The notes beneath the pieces are model-generated. The model was not told the origin of the DNA. It was given only the letters and a program-made list of their open reading frames with translations, and made no database searches. The position numbers and the translations under genes are program-made. A stretch of 64,000 nucleotides of DNA, taken from Octopus bimaculoides (lineage: Eukaryota). Positions 11,537-25,011 of this stretch are shown one piece after another (position 1 is the first letter of the stretch; every line of letters begins with the position of its first letter). The DNA lies in NCBI RefSeq assembly GCF_001194135.2, contig NC_069002.1:1184865-1248864 (forward strand), given 5' to 3'.

Positions 11537-12924
11537 ATTGTGTGTGTGAGTACTTTTTGCATTGGTACCCTGACTTTCCAAGAATTTCTGTTTCTGCAAG
11601 TAACGTTTTTTTTTTTATAATGTATAAGAACAAAAACAAAATGATTCTTCCTTTTCGAAGAATCACTCTTCTCATCGTTTGGCTCGAATATTTGAAGTCA
11701 CACACGAGAAAATTAATTGATGTAGCATCTGAAACTGTACAGGAATGATTTCAACGCATGCCATTGGCTCATCAGCGCTATTTCTTTGAGTTAGTTCGCT
11801 TTTCATAATTATGCAATGAAGCATGCAAGCTACATTGCAGAAAATTATTTGCAGCTTAATTTTTACCTGTAACAATTTGTCTAATGATTGAGCAGGTATG
11901 AATGTATTATTTCACTGATGAGTTTTCTTAAACGAGAACAAAACTGAATACGACCCAAAACCCAATCCAGTACTGGGTACGTTATATTTGCTAAATCAAT
12001 TTCTCTTTTAATAACGACCTATAACTCCTAACAATATTAGTTTGCTGCAATATATTAATATATCACAGATAAGTATGAATGTCTAAACGAGGAAGGAATC
12101 ACACTCGACAATGGAATAATATTAAAGTACAACAATATGAATTAACTCATTCGTTCCTCCTAATACTTTCTTAGCAGCTCACCTTGACATTTCTTTGACG
12201 TTTTGCCAGTCAAAGGTAATGCCTGACCTGAGAGATCCTTTCTTTTTTTTAATGATCAACACCCATTTTCATAAATACAGTTCATATTCTCCGAAATAAA
12301 TCTAACCACATAAGTTTTTCACCCACCACACACACACTAGTTCAGTTATATATTCCAATGAGCTTTTATTTTAATTAGTTTAATCATTTTAATTTTTCAT
12401 AATTCCTACAGCTACTCATTACTCTTTCGTTAGACGTGGGCGATGTCTTACTATTTAGCGGCGCTGTTGTAAATATTTATTTATTTTACAGATATCGTTT
12501 ATCTTCCAGCCTTTTCTAGAAGACAGTAAAATGATTTCATTGTTTAATTTTGTTAACTTATCTTCTCTACAACACATACAAACGTTTATATAATCTCGTT
12601 AATATTCCACGTAGAGAATTTAACCATTCATTATTCTACATCAGTTCCTAGATTATTTTATATCTTTTCAACACAAATAATAATCCTACATACGTGTTCT
12701 TTCATCTAGTATTACGAGTCTTCTTCATCTGGAGCAGTCGCTGTCAACTGAGGTCCACATGACCCTTTGGGGTCCCTATAAGATTTTGCTGTTCAAATAT
12801 ATATACACTAAACTGGTAAGAATTCTACAATACATAAAATATTGTAACAAGTTTTTATAGAACTCCTGAATGGCGAGGAGGGTCCACCCGGGTAAAATAA
12901 CAATCAAAGGAGTAAAGAATGGTT

Positions 12925-13006
12925 GAGAACCACAGAAGGTAAGGACGGACGAAGCGCCGCTAAGCATTCCGTCCAGCGTGCTTAACGATTCTGCCAGCCA
13001 CCGCCT
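12925..13006 (-). mobile_element. SINE family A head only
   Basis: GGCGGTGGCTGGCAGAATCGTTAAGCACGCTGGACGG on the minus strand. Confidence 0.75.
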
Positions 13007-13007
13007 T

Positions 13008-13008
13008 G

Positions 13009-13091
<83 letters not shown>

Positions 13092-13155
13092 TAATAATAA
13101 TAATAAAATAATAATAATAATAATAACAAAAATAATAAAAATAAAAATAATAATA
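13008..13155. repeat. (AAT)n microsatellite
   Basis: Direct read. Confidence 0.95.
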
Positions 13156-13504
13156 GTAATAGTAATAATAATAATTTTGTGAAAAAAGAAGGGGAAGAGA
13201 AGAAAAGAAAAGAAACAAGTAGAAGAGAAAGAAGAAAATATTGACGTCGTCATCGTCGTTTTGTCCTTGTTGCTGTTGTTGTTGTTGTGGGTGTTGGTGG
13301 TGGTGGTGGTGGTGGTTGTGATGCTGCTGCTGCTGGTGTTACTTTCTATTTTTGGTTCTTATGAAATCTCTCCGGACCATCTTGCCGCTTGCTTAATTAT
13401 CACCGCTCAATAGATACCTAAACCAATGATTAAACCTCTCAGATTACTTCTCATACACTCTTTGATCCGGGCGATTTTCTTCATTACTTTCGCTTGTCAT
13501 TGCT

Positions 13505-13574
13505 ATCATTATTATCATTATTATTATTATCTTTATCATTATTATCATTATTATTATTATCTTTATCATTATTA

Positions 13575-13624
<50 letters not shown>

Positions 13625-13700
13625 ATCATTATTATTATTGTTATTATTATGAGTATTATCATTATTATTATCATTGTTATTATTGTTATTATTGTTGTTG

Positions 13701-13750
<50 letters not shown>

Positions 13751-13817
13751 GTTATTATTATTATTATTAATATCATCATCCTCATCCGCTTCGTCATCAT
13801 TATCAATGTTATCTTTG

Positions 13818-13853
<36 letters not shown>

Positions 13854-13870
13854 GTTGTTGTTATGAAAAT
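13505..13870. repeat. (ATT)n compound microsatellite with a 30-bp tandem unit at its start
   Basis: Direct read. Confidence 0.95.
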
Positions 13871-14085
13871 TGTTATGAATATTGCTGTTGTTGATGTAGT
13901 TATTACTTTATCTTATTTATTATTCATCTTTCATTTTCACTTCTGAGTGTGTGTGTGTGTGTGTGTTTTGTATGTGTGCGCGCGCGTGTGGATTATAGTA
14001 CATTTCAATGTGTGTGCGTATATGGACACACACACACATACTCACACACATATATGTATATACATATACAAACGTATGTATGTGG

Positions 14086-14147
<62 letters not shown>

Positions 14148-14557
14148 NNNNNNNNNNNNNNNNNNNNNNNNNNNNNNNNNNNNNNNNNNNNNNNNNNNNN
14201 NNNNNNNNNNNNNNNNNNNNNNNNNNNNNNNNNNNNNNNNNNNNNNNNNNNNNNNNNNNNNNNNNNNNNNNNNNNNNNNNNNNNNNNNNNNNNNNNNAGA
14301 GTGAGAAAGAGAGAAAAAAGGTGTATTTGTGTGAACCTGGAATTATAAGATGAATATCACTTATTAACTGACACACGGGGATCAATTAGGGACATGCTCA
14401 GACATATGTCACAAATATGCCTTGTGCCGAGGTGTGCATGTGCAGATGTTTACCGATCAGTTGTGTGTCTCAGTGTGTGTGTGTGTGTGTGTGCGCGTGT
14501 GTGTGTGTGTGCGGTCTGTGTGTGTGTGTCTGTGTGCGTGTGTGTGTGTGTGCGGTC

Positions 14558-14588
<31 letters not shown>

Positions 14589-15592
14589 TTGTTACTGTGT
14601 ATCTGTGTGTCCCTATTTGCGCTCTTTGTTCGCTTGTATAAGTACGTATGCATGTGTGTATGCACGTGTTAGTGTGTATATATGTTAGATTCTGAAGTAT
14701 CTAAGCTGTGCTTCTATATATATATATATATATATATGTATACATATATAACATATACGTTGTTTTATGCCAATGCATTTCATATTAGTTTGTGTAAACG
14801 TTTGTATGCGTGTATGTAAGTGCAAATGAATGCGTGTATGTGTATACGTGTGTAATGGAGTATATGAGGGCTGCCAGTATGTGTGTGTGTGTATGTATAT
14901 TTATATATATATTTATATAGTGTTAGTTGTGTACGTTTTTGTTACTTTCGTCATAGCTGCATATTGGAGTGTTTTGCGCATAAAAGTGCAAACTGGATTT
15001 TTCAATATGTATGTGTGTGAGTATACGTACATGTACGTGTATATAAACGTATGTATATGTCTGTGTGTATCCATTGTGTATCTTTAACAGGCGAGTACTG
15101 AAGGCAGAGCGACCAAACCAAAGAAGGTTTTGACACTAGTGCGGATAATAGGATTAAGAGTCCCTTGTAGAAGAACAACAATTGAAACCAAAAAAATATT
15201 AATATAATCTCGACAAGTCATCTCCTGGCATTTTTTCTTCTGGATGTCGCGGCTTGGAAACTATATTTGGGCAATTTGGAATTTATATAATCTTGTAAGT
15301 GGAGGGGCCAATTGGTGTGTATGTGTGTCGATTGTCTTTTACTTGTTTCCGTTGTCCGATTGCTGTGATGCTGCAGAAAAGGACTTGAAGGAGGGATCAG
15401 TCGAAGAAATCGAGCCAGATGTCTATTTATAAGCCTGTTACATATTCTATCGTTCTATTTTGCCAAATCGTTAAGTTACAGGGGCATAAACATACCACCA
15501 ATGGTTCAAAAGCAGTGGTGGAAGACACACATACCAACAAGAATACACACTCATATAGATACACACATTCATTAACACACATACACACACAT

Positions 15593-15744
15593 GCGGACGG
15601 TCTTGTTCCGGTTTCCGTCTATTAGATCTACACACAAAGCTTCGCTGGGCCCGAGGCTATGGTAGAACACGCCCTTGCAAGGTGCCACGCAGTGGGACTG
15701 GACCTGGAAATATGTAGTTGGGAAGCGAACTTCTAACCACACAG
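15593..15744 (-). mobile_element. SINE family B head, followed on the element strand by the internal (TG)n tract
   Basis: GTGCCACGCAGTGGGACTGGACC, GTTTCCGTCTA; matches the copies at 2871 and 37637. Confidence 0.8.
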
Positions 15745-16627
15745 TTTCGTTTCGTGTGTTTGTGTATATGTGTGTGTGTTTTTGTGTGTGTGTTTTTGTG
15801 TAAGTGCGCTTTGCACAGCGGATATACCTTGTTACAGAGGTTTAATTAATAACAAGGGGTTAATTAACAGTAACAACAACAACAAGATACGATGAAGTAA
15901 TAAAATATACTACAATTTAAAGTGAAGAGTACTGCATTGATACTATGATCATAATTAGAACATTTTTACTTTGTTATTATTATTATTACCATTATTATTT
16001 TTATTTTTATTTTACTGTGTAGAATGAAAGAATGAAGGAAAGAGAGAAGGGAATAAAGAATGCTAGGAAAAAGAAAATAAGGAAGAACGGCCAGTAGAGG
16101 GCAATACGACAGAAAGAAAGAAAAAACACCATTTCTCTGTGATTAAACTGTGTGAGTTACGGCTGAATTAAACGAAATTGAACATGGGAATAAATGAAAT
16201 AATCACAGAATAAGATATGGAGAAATTCTATATATACATGTATATTAATGTTTTATGTTCAATTATAAAAAGAACTATTTTACATCCGTCCGATGCGTTA
16301 CTCTGTACTTTTGTTAAGTACAAATTTATTTTCCTCACACAAGAATGTTGTTGACAGTGACTTCAAAGGTTCGGTTCGACGATGGCTTAACTGGCTGAAA
16401 ATTCGATGTCACTGTGACTTGTCAAATCGACTTGTCAGTTTCTAGAATACTCCATAGGATGAAAGTCTGGTCGCCTCAACCAAAAATATGCCTTGGGCTA
16501 AAGAACATGAAAATATATAATAGCTACCGGAAGCACTACCACTAACATGACAATCTCCAATACTACCGCAACCACTATGAATGCAACACCACTACAACCA
16601 CTACTATCGTTACTGATGCTATTGCTG

Positions 16628-16667
<40 letters not shown>

Positions 16668-17150
16668 CACTACTGATACTACTAATACTACTACTGCTGC
16701 TAATAGTACTAATACTGCTGTTACTGTTATTGATGATGATGATGATGATGATGATGAAGCTACTACTACTACTACTACAATCACCCGTACCCACTACGCA
16801 TATCTCGTCACTAAACTCACCCTTTCACTCTCACCTAATACCCCTACCCTCTTTACTCCTTATTATCTTCTGCTAATTAAATACTTAGCTACAATCACCA
16901 ACCGAAAGCCAGCTCTTTACAGGCGCGCCATCATCGATTTTTGATTTTCTAGATAAAGCAGACGAAACACGCCATAACCGGAAGCTGCGTTGTAATTACT
17001 TCCTCTTTAAACGAAACTTGCTAAAAGGTACGTTGATTTTTATCAAGACACCTGTATCGTTCTGGCTGTTTTTTGTATGTTTTTTTGTATAGATTTTATC
17101 TGTTTTCATTTGATTTGCTTTTTACACTTTTCTATTTCAGAGGGGAAAAA

Positions 17151-17181
<31 letters not shown>

Positions 17182-17440
17182 GGTAGATAAATAAACGTAA
17201 ATAAAACTACTAAAAATATATATGTATATATGAACCGAACTAACAAATCAACTCCGCCATAAAAAACAACCACATCAAAAAAAGATAAAAAGACTCCTTG
17301 AAAAATAATATATAAATATGATAAAGTTTCAATCGTAAACCTCTGAAATTTATAATTCCAATTTGAAAATAAATATATTTTTAAATATTAAAAAGAAAAA
17401 TCATGTAATTAATTGAAGTATTTAAACTAAATTCGCAAAA

Positions 17441-17640
17441 GCGCCTGGCTTAGTGGCTAGGGGCGTTGGGTTCATAATCGTTAGATTGTAGTTTCGATTC
17501 CTGGGCCGTTCGATGCGTTGTGCTTTTGTGGAAAACATTTTATTTCCCGTTATTGAAGTTTACCGAGCTAACAAAAGCGAGTATTTCCTACTAGGGGCTG
17601 GCGTCCCACCCAGGGAGTAAGGATATAAGCGCCGGGGAAA
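17441..17640 (+). mobile_element. SINE family C (tRNA head plus CORE-like segment)
   Basis: A box TGGCTTAGTGG, B box GTTTCGATTCC, then GCGTTGTGCTTT..; related to the minus-strand copy at 24045. Confidence 0.6.
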
Positions 17641-17746
17641 ACTGTCCTAGGCGTCTATGTGACTCGACAAGAGTCTTTATATTTTTTCTTTAAAATACAT
17701 GCAAAAAAATAAAACAAAATAAAAATGAACAAATATATAAATAAAT

Positions 17747-17863
17747 AGATGCTGACATGGCTACGTGGTTAGGAGGATCGCTTTGCAACCATGTAGTTTA
17801 GAGTTCAGTTCCACATTGAGGCACCTTGGACAAGTGTCTTCTACGATGGCTCGAGTCGACCAA
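17747..17863 (+). mobile_element. SINE family B head
   Basis: TGGCTACGTGG..GAGTTCAGTTCC..GGCACCTTGGACAAGTGTCTTCTAC. Confidence 0.75.
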
Positions 17864-18124
17864 TATTTTCTAAATGGAACCATCGTGTGTGTGTGTGTGT
17901 GTGTTTCGATTCCATGCGACGTAAAGTACTGCAGGCCCCCAACAGAAGCCCATCTTTTTAGGCTTCAGATTACCGATTCGGTCTGAGAGATACGGTATTC
18001 TATTAGGGGCCCGCGAAAATTTAAGTCGCACAGAACCGAATCAAAGTTTTAAATAATACATGTAACTCCTACTAAATGTGTTCAGTGCCCCTTGCTTTCA
18101 TTTTTCCACTCATTCATGTGTGTG

Positions 18125-18473
18125 TGTGGTGCTTGTTCAACCACCTCTTGACAACCGGTATTGGTTTGTTTACATCCAAGCAAGTTAGCACTTCAGCAAA
18201 ACAAATGTTAGAATAAGTACGTTTTGTAAAAACAAAGGGCTGGGAGCAAATTCATCAGCTAACCCTTTCTAGACAATGCTCCAGAATGACTGCAGTCCAA
18301 AAGGTAACGCTGTCGGATTGAACCCAGTAACCTAAAGTTTCGGCAAAAGCGACCCATATAATATGTACTACGCTTAACAAATATTTAATTTCTGTGGTCG
18401 ATTCATTCCGCTAAAATTTCTCCAAGGCGATGCACTGGTATAACCACAGTCTAATGACTGGAACAGATAAAAA
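18125..18473 (+). mobile_element. Two tandem SINE family B 3' halves (about 18125-18300 and 18335-18473)
   Basis: CTTGACAACCGGT..CCAGAATGACTGCAGTC, then a second TTCGGCAAAAG..CACAGTCTAATGACTG. Confidence 0.7.
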
Positions 18474-18919
18474 CATACACAGTTATGCCAAAGCTAGTTT
18501 CGAAATCGGAACGTAAAGCAAAGCGAGTAATATAGCAAGATGCATTTTGTCCGTAGCTCTATCGCCTCTGCAGTCAACGGAAATATTATTGCTACTAATA
18601 ATAATGCTAATAAAAGCGGTGTGTACGGAGGAATTGAAATGAAGAATTTAAAGTCAAAAGTTAAAATTCAAGAACTATTTGTGTAATGTAATTACAGAAC
18701 AGATGGTAGAATAAATAGAAAAATATAAAGAAAGAGAAAGAAAAAGCGAAATCTGAAGAAATCTTAAAAGGTTAATGTAGAGTAAATTAAAGAGAATCTT
18801 TTATGCAGACCAGTTTTTGAAATATGGAAAAATAGTTATCTTCATATCCCTGTGGACTCCATCTGCGGTATGGTGGAAACTACGTATGTGTGCGTATGCA
18901 TGTTTTCTATGTATAAATA

Positions 18920-18934
18920 TAAATAAACATATAC

Positions 18935-18982
<48 letters not shown>

Positions 18983-19166
18983 ACATCCTTATATATAAAT
19001 ATACTTATGTATATATACACACATATATATATATCTATATGTATGTATACATATCTAGCTATACATTTACATATATGTATCTCTGCATATGCGAAATATA
19101 CATATATGTATATACTACATATATATATATATGTGTGTATGTATATATATATATATATAAATATAC

Positions 19167-19197
<31 letters not shown>

Positions 19198-19235
19198 TAT
19201 ATATATATACTTATATATAAATATAGTTACATATA

Positions 19236-19274
<39 letters not shown>

Positions 19275-19600
19275 ATATATATTTGTATGTATATATAAAT
19301 ATACAGTTGTACATTTACATATATGTATCTCTACATATGCGAAATATACATTTACGTATATACATATATATATTTATATATATACATATATATATGCATG
19401 CCTATATTTAGGTTTCTGTCTTATATACATACATATGTATATACATATATATATATATATATATGCACTTGTGTGTACATATATACACACATATATACAC
19501 ATATGTAGGCATCTATACATTTATATCACTTAGAATGGACAAATACATATATGTATGTATATGTGTGTGTATATGTGTGTGAGTATGTGTGTGTGTGTGT
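18920..19600. repeat. (TA)/(CA)-rich array with a local duplication of about 250 bp period (CATTTACATAT..GCGAAATATACAT near 19061 and 19309)
   Basis: Direct read. Confidence 0.9.
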
Positions 19601-19616
19601 GTAATGTACAAGAAAC

Positions 19617-19760
19617 CGAATTCTGCTGCCACGCAGAGCCTTCCAGGATCGAACCCCTTTCACCAGTGTTTGAACAGTCTCCAGCAGCTTCATATAGCTG
19701 TCTGAATTGAGTGCAAGGCCCTTTTTTAAAGATGTCACCCTCACTGGAGACACAACCAGT
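19617..19760 (-). mobile_element. Tc1/mariner (maT/DD37D-like) transposase fragment, frameshifted
   Basis: GCVSSEGD..IFKK/GLALNSDSYMKLLETV../WQQNS matches the recalled GxVSSEGxVMPPH..GLxxNxxxY..VLxTV..WQQDSAP region. Confidence 0.6.
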
Positions 19761-19789
19761 GTCCATCAAAATCCTGCCGGCCACGGTTT

Positions 19790-20320
19790 AGTAGCACACG
19801 TTGTGGTTGACCACATCACTTCTTTCAACCTTTACAATGGTCACAGTACTCTGAGCAGCAGTTATGATGTCAGCATTTTGATACCCGGTGCGAAGCATCA
19901 TGGTACAGGTAACCCTTGGCCAATATTCACATGGCCTTTGAAGCCCAAGCTGGTGCACTATCTGCTCCTGTATCCTGATGGCAATTTTGAGACGTTTGGT
20001 ACCATGCATTAGCACCCCGTCCTCCTTTTTGTGTAAGTGACAATACCAAAGTCTGGAACAAGATTCTCTAGGATTTTCCAGATGAATATTATTGCATATC
20101 TTTCCCACCTTCGCTGCAGGGAGTACAATCTTAACTCTTTCAGTCTCTTCCAGCAGCTGATGTATCGCATTATGTCGATCTTCTTTGTGTAGCTTCGCTG
20201 GATTTTCCCGAGTTCCTTCGGTGATTTCACACTGTTTAGTGACCACAGTTGGGAACAGTAACTCAGACAATTTAGAACAAAAGTCCTCCATAGAACCATC
20301 ACGGTTACCTTTCTTCTCGT
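19790..20320 (-). mobile_element. CR1/L2-type LINE ORF2 C-terminal remnant
   Basis: LWRTFVLNCLSYCSQLWS..ELGKIQRSYTKKI..WKRLKELRLYSLQRRWERYAIIFIWKILENLVP matches the recalled post-RT motif LxYCxQLWSP..LExVQR..ERLxxLxLYSLERRRER. Confidence 0.8.
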
Positions 20321-20523
20321 TTTGAAAGTTCAAAGGATCTACTCGGCTAAACGTCTGCATTTTATTGCCAGCTTAGTAATGCGCACCTGCAAAGATGCAT
20401 CAATATTCATGTCGCTGCCCATATACGTGTATGTATCTGTAAAAATAGGTGACACTTATTCGGTAGTCATGATAAAACTCCGAGTTTCGGATGCCGAGTT
20501 TCGGATTCAGTTTTCATTTATAT

Positions 20524-20562
<39 letters not shown>

Positions 20563-20636
20563 TGTGCTTGTTTGTCCGTATTACCTATGTATCTACTTAT
20601 CTACTTATCTATCAGTTTACTTACATGTCCATTTAC

Positions 20637-20669
<33 letters not shown>

Positions 20670-20893
20670 TACATAACAGCCTAACACATCTACCTGTGTA
20701 GATGATAGATAGATATATGTACAAACATAATACACACATACACACACACACACATAATAGAAAAGTATACTTTTCTATTAGATGTACATGTAAACAGATA
20801 CACATGCATCTATATTTACCCATATAGAAACATGTCCTCTCATACTCTCTGACTCACTATTTCTGTCTCTCCCTATCTCTCTTCGACTCTCTA

Positions 20894-20948
<55 letters not shown>

Positions 20949-21141
20949 CACTCACGCGTGCTCACACACATACACACCCACACATACCTATATAATTGAA
21001 ATCTCAGGACACAGTGTTTGATTTCTTTGAGGAATTGAAGATGGAAGTCAGCGGAAAGTTTTAACGTAAAATGTGTAAATTTGATACTATTTCTTTGAAA
21101 TTAATCAAATAAAACACACGAGTGAAGTTCAAATTTAATAC

Positions 21142-21143
<2 letters not shown>

Positions 21144-21230
<87 letters not shown>
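21144..21230. repeat. Pure (TG)n microsatellite
   Basis: Direct read. Confidence 0.95.
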
Positions 21231-21234
<4 letters not shown>

Positions 21235-21843
21235 TCATGTGCCTATGTCTTTGATATCTATATATGTAGCCATGTGTAGGTTTATGAATGTATAGCTGTA
21301 GATGTGTGTTGATGTGTTTGTGTGAAAGTGTATATACATGCAGGTATGTGCGTATAACGATGATTTGGTTAAAAATTCTATTGACTAATAAGAGGTACAT
21401 CAAAATAGAGACAAGTAATAAGCTAACATACATGCATACACACACATAGACACACAGAGAGTCCCATATAACTACATGCATATACATACACACACACATA
21501 TATATATACGTTTATATATGTATAAGTATTTACATGTGTGTATGTGTGGGTGGCTGCGTTTGTGCGTGTGTGCATGTGTGCGTGTGTGTGGTGTGTGTGG
21601 TGGTGGTAGTGGTGGTGGTGGTGGTGGTGGTGGTGGTGGTGTGTGTGTGTGTGTGGGGGGGGGNNNNNNNNNNNNNNNTGTGTGTGTGTGTGTGTGTGGG
21701 GGTGTTTGAAAAGCATTTAATTCGGAACTCTGAGAAGAAATTAAAGAACAATTACATTATTGATTTCGGATTCTGCAGAAAATATCAGAGACAATTAGTT
21801 TCTGTTACCAAAGAATGGATCCTTGTAGACTTTTATGGTTGCT

Positions 21844-21900
<57 letters not shown>

Positions 21901-22081
21901 ACATACATACATACATACATACATTTATATATACATATATATATATATATGTGAATATACACATACAAGTATACACATATGCATCTGTACATATATGTAT
22001 GTGCATGTATATACGCATATAAAGACATAAATATATTGATATAAAGTTACGTTGACATACATAGATATGAATATATAAAAT

Positions 22082-22130
<49 letters not shown>

Positions 22131-22298
22131 NNNNNNNNNNNNNNNNNNNNNNNNNNNNNNNNNNNNNNNNNNNNNNNNNNNNNNNNNNNNNNNNNNNNNN
22201 NNNNNNNNNNNNNNNNNNNNNNNNNNNNNNNNNNNNNNNNNNNNNNNNNNNNNNNNNNNNNNNNNNNNNNNNNNNNNNNNNNNNNNNNNNNNNNNNNN

Positions 22299-22346
<48 letters not shown>

Positions 22347-22722
22347 TATATATACTCGTACACACACAAGCACACACTAATACTTCTATCTGTATGCATG
22401 TGCGTGAAAATGCGCGTGTGTGTAGATATATCTACAGACACAGACACGTAGTTAGAAGCCATGCATATTCACACATACTCATGGCAACTTAGAGATGGAA
22501 CTGAAAATGAGCAGCCGTGTAAAGACGAAGTCAGGTGTGTAATGAAAACACGCCCCTTGAACAATCACAACTTGACAGCTTCACGTGTAAACCCTGGCGG
22601 TAGCGACGTGTCACAGGTCCTCTCACCTTACCCCCCGAAACAGCGTCAATGTTAACTCCTACCACCTATCTCGCTCTATTTCTGTCTTTTGCCGGGCACT
22701 TGTAAACACCGGTGTGTACATG

Positions 22723-23160
<438 letters not shown>

Positions 23161-23199
23161 CGAATAGATAGATAGATCGACAGACAGAGACAGACAGAC

Positions 23200-23241
<42 letters not shown>

Positions 23242-23990
23242 TATACATACATACATACAAACATACATACATACATGCATGCATTCATAAATTGATGCGT
23301 AGGCGCGCTGTTTTATCTCTTCATCTCGTTGCTGCTACCACGCCCATTCTTCACCGGTGTGGTGTCACCTCAGATGATGTGAAATATAAACTTTGTTGAA
23401 GATTGCGTGGAGATGGTGGCTTCTAAGTATACGAAATGGACAACAAAGACAGGAGATGAGAAAGAAGAAAGCAAGAGGGAAGGAAGTGTATTTATCGTGT
23501 ACGGGAGGGAGGTGGGGGTGATATCAATTAGTTGAGTAAGTGAAGAAACAGAGACGAGAGTGATGTAAAACCATTATTAAATAATTGCATTATATTGCAA
23601 AAACAAACAAAAAAAGATGCGTAGAGATATACATATAAGCGCGTACACGAACTCATACATATACACAAAAGCAAATATACATATATACGTGCCTTCGTTC
23701 ATACATAATAGAAAACATGGAAATTATACATCTACCAAAGACAAATTTTACTGAAAATAAAGAACGCAGATGTAACGGAAAAGAAAGAAATATTGAGGAG
23801 AAAGAAATATTGATGCCCCGAACAGAGAATGTAAAGGATTCTCACTCATATGTATGACACACACGGCACACACACAGATATATATTCATATATAGTGAAT
23901 CCAAACAAAGGAGAACAAACAAGAACATTCTATAACGCGAGGGTGTGATACAAGTACTGTATTATCAAACGCTCAAGAAAGGAAGGAAAG

Positions 23991-24023
23991 GACTTTAACG
24001 TTTCGAGCGAAGCTCTTCTTCAG
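23991..24023 (-). ncRNA. Hammerhead-ribozyme-like core (Penelope-type minimal), stem I missing
   Basis: Minus strand CUGAAGA-A-GAGC-UUC-GCUC-GAAAC-GUUAAA-GUC. Confidence 0.45.
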
Positions 24024-24044
24024 AAATAGAGGAACGTAAACCTA

Positions 24045-24145
24045 ATGTCTTACTCAAGAGCACAAAGTAGTGCTCGGCTTGAGAATCGAAACCATACTTT
24101 TGTGATTGTGACTACAACACCCCGAACCACTAGGCCAGACACCTC
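24045..24145 (-). mobile_element. SINE family C head
   Basis: Minus strand TGGCCTAGTGGTTCGGGG..GGTTTCGATTCTC..TTGTGCTCTTGAGTAAGACA. Confidence 0.65.
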
Positions 24146-24735
24146 GACTGGTGAAGAAAAGAGACAGGGAAGAAAGAAAAAAAGACTGTTTAAGATATTA
24201 TGAAGGAAATCGAATTCCGGACTTCATCAGTGTACATTGAACTTCTTAACCGCTCGTTCATAGCCTGCGGCCCGAGATGGAAACTTGCACCGAGAAGACA
24301 CACACACATACACACTAATTACAATAACTGGCGCTCTAAATACTACGCACTCACTCCTGCACACAAAAGCATACACACACCCCCACACACACACACATGT
24401 AAGGTGTGTAAATTTGTGCAGAATAGTTTAACCCTAGGCATTTGTTCACACCTGGTACAATAATAAATTAGCATGAAAAGGTGTTACGGCGACATACTGA
24501 TGTTGTTGTTGTTGTGGTAGTGGTGGTATTGGTGGTGGCTATGATGGTGGCGGCGGTGGTGTTGGCGTGCTGCTCTGTAAACAGAGAATAAATGGATTGG
24601 GACACATACGAAGAGAATTAAAATGAATCGATGGATTGGCAGATAGAGGGGCAGAAATAGCGAGAGAGAAATAATCAGCGACTCCTCTACCTCCACCTCC
24701 TACTTACTACTACTACTACTAATAATAATAATAAT

Positions 24736-24940
24736 AATCCTTTCTACTAAAGACATATGGCCTGAAATTTGGGGGAAGGGATAGTCGATTACACAGACTC
24801 CAGTATTTGACTGGTACTTAATTTGTCGACCCCAAAAGGAAAAGTCGACCCCGGCGGAATTTGAACTCAGAACGTACCGAAGTGCGAAATAACGCTAAGA
24901 AAATATACTAGTACGCTAACGATTCTGCCAGCTCGCCGCC
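24736..24940 (-). mobile_element. SINE family A, full length, flanked on both sides by (AAT)n
   Basis: GGCGGCGAGCTGGCAGAATCGTTAGCG head to GTAGAAAGGATT tail. Confidence 0.9.
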
Positions 24941-24974
24941 AATAATAATAATAATAATGATAATAATAGTAATA

Positions 24975-25011
<37 letters not shown>

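Noticed and set aside
11905-11940. CTGATGA-GTTT-TCTT-AAAC-GAGAAC hammerhead look-alike
   Set aside because: GAGA instead of GAAA; no cleavage triplet, stem I or stem III
12183-12228. Minus-strand segment reading SGITFDWQNVKEMS followed by a strong GTGAGC donor
   Set aside because: The acceptor lacks a polypyrimidine tract, upstream frames are closed, and the peptide was not recognised
16300-16500. Weak mariner-like PDFHPM..WSILE remnant on the minus strand
   Set aside because: Requires several frameshifts; too short to support
17441-17510. tRNA gene calls at SINE heads (also 2871, 6099, 24045)
   Set aside because: A and B boxes are present, but there is no acceptor stem or poly-T terminator and each continues into SINE body
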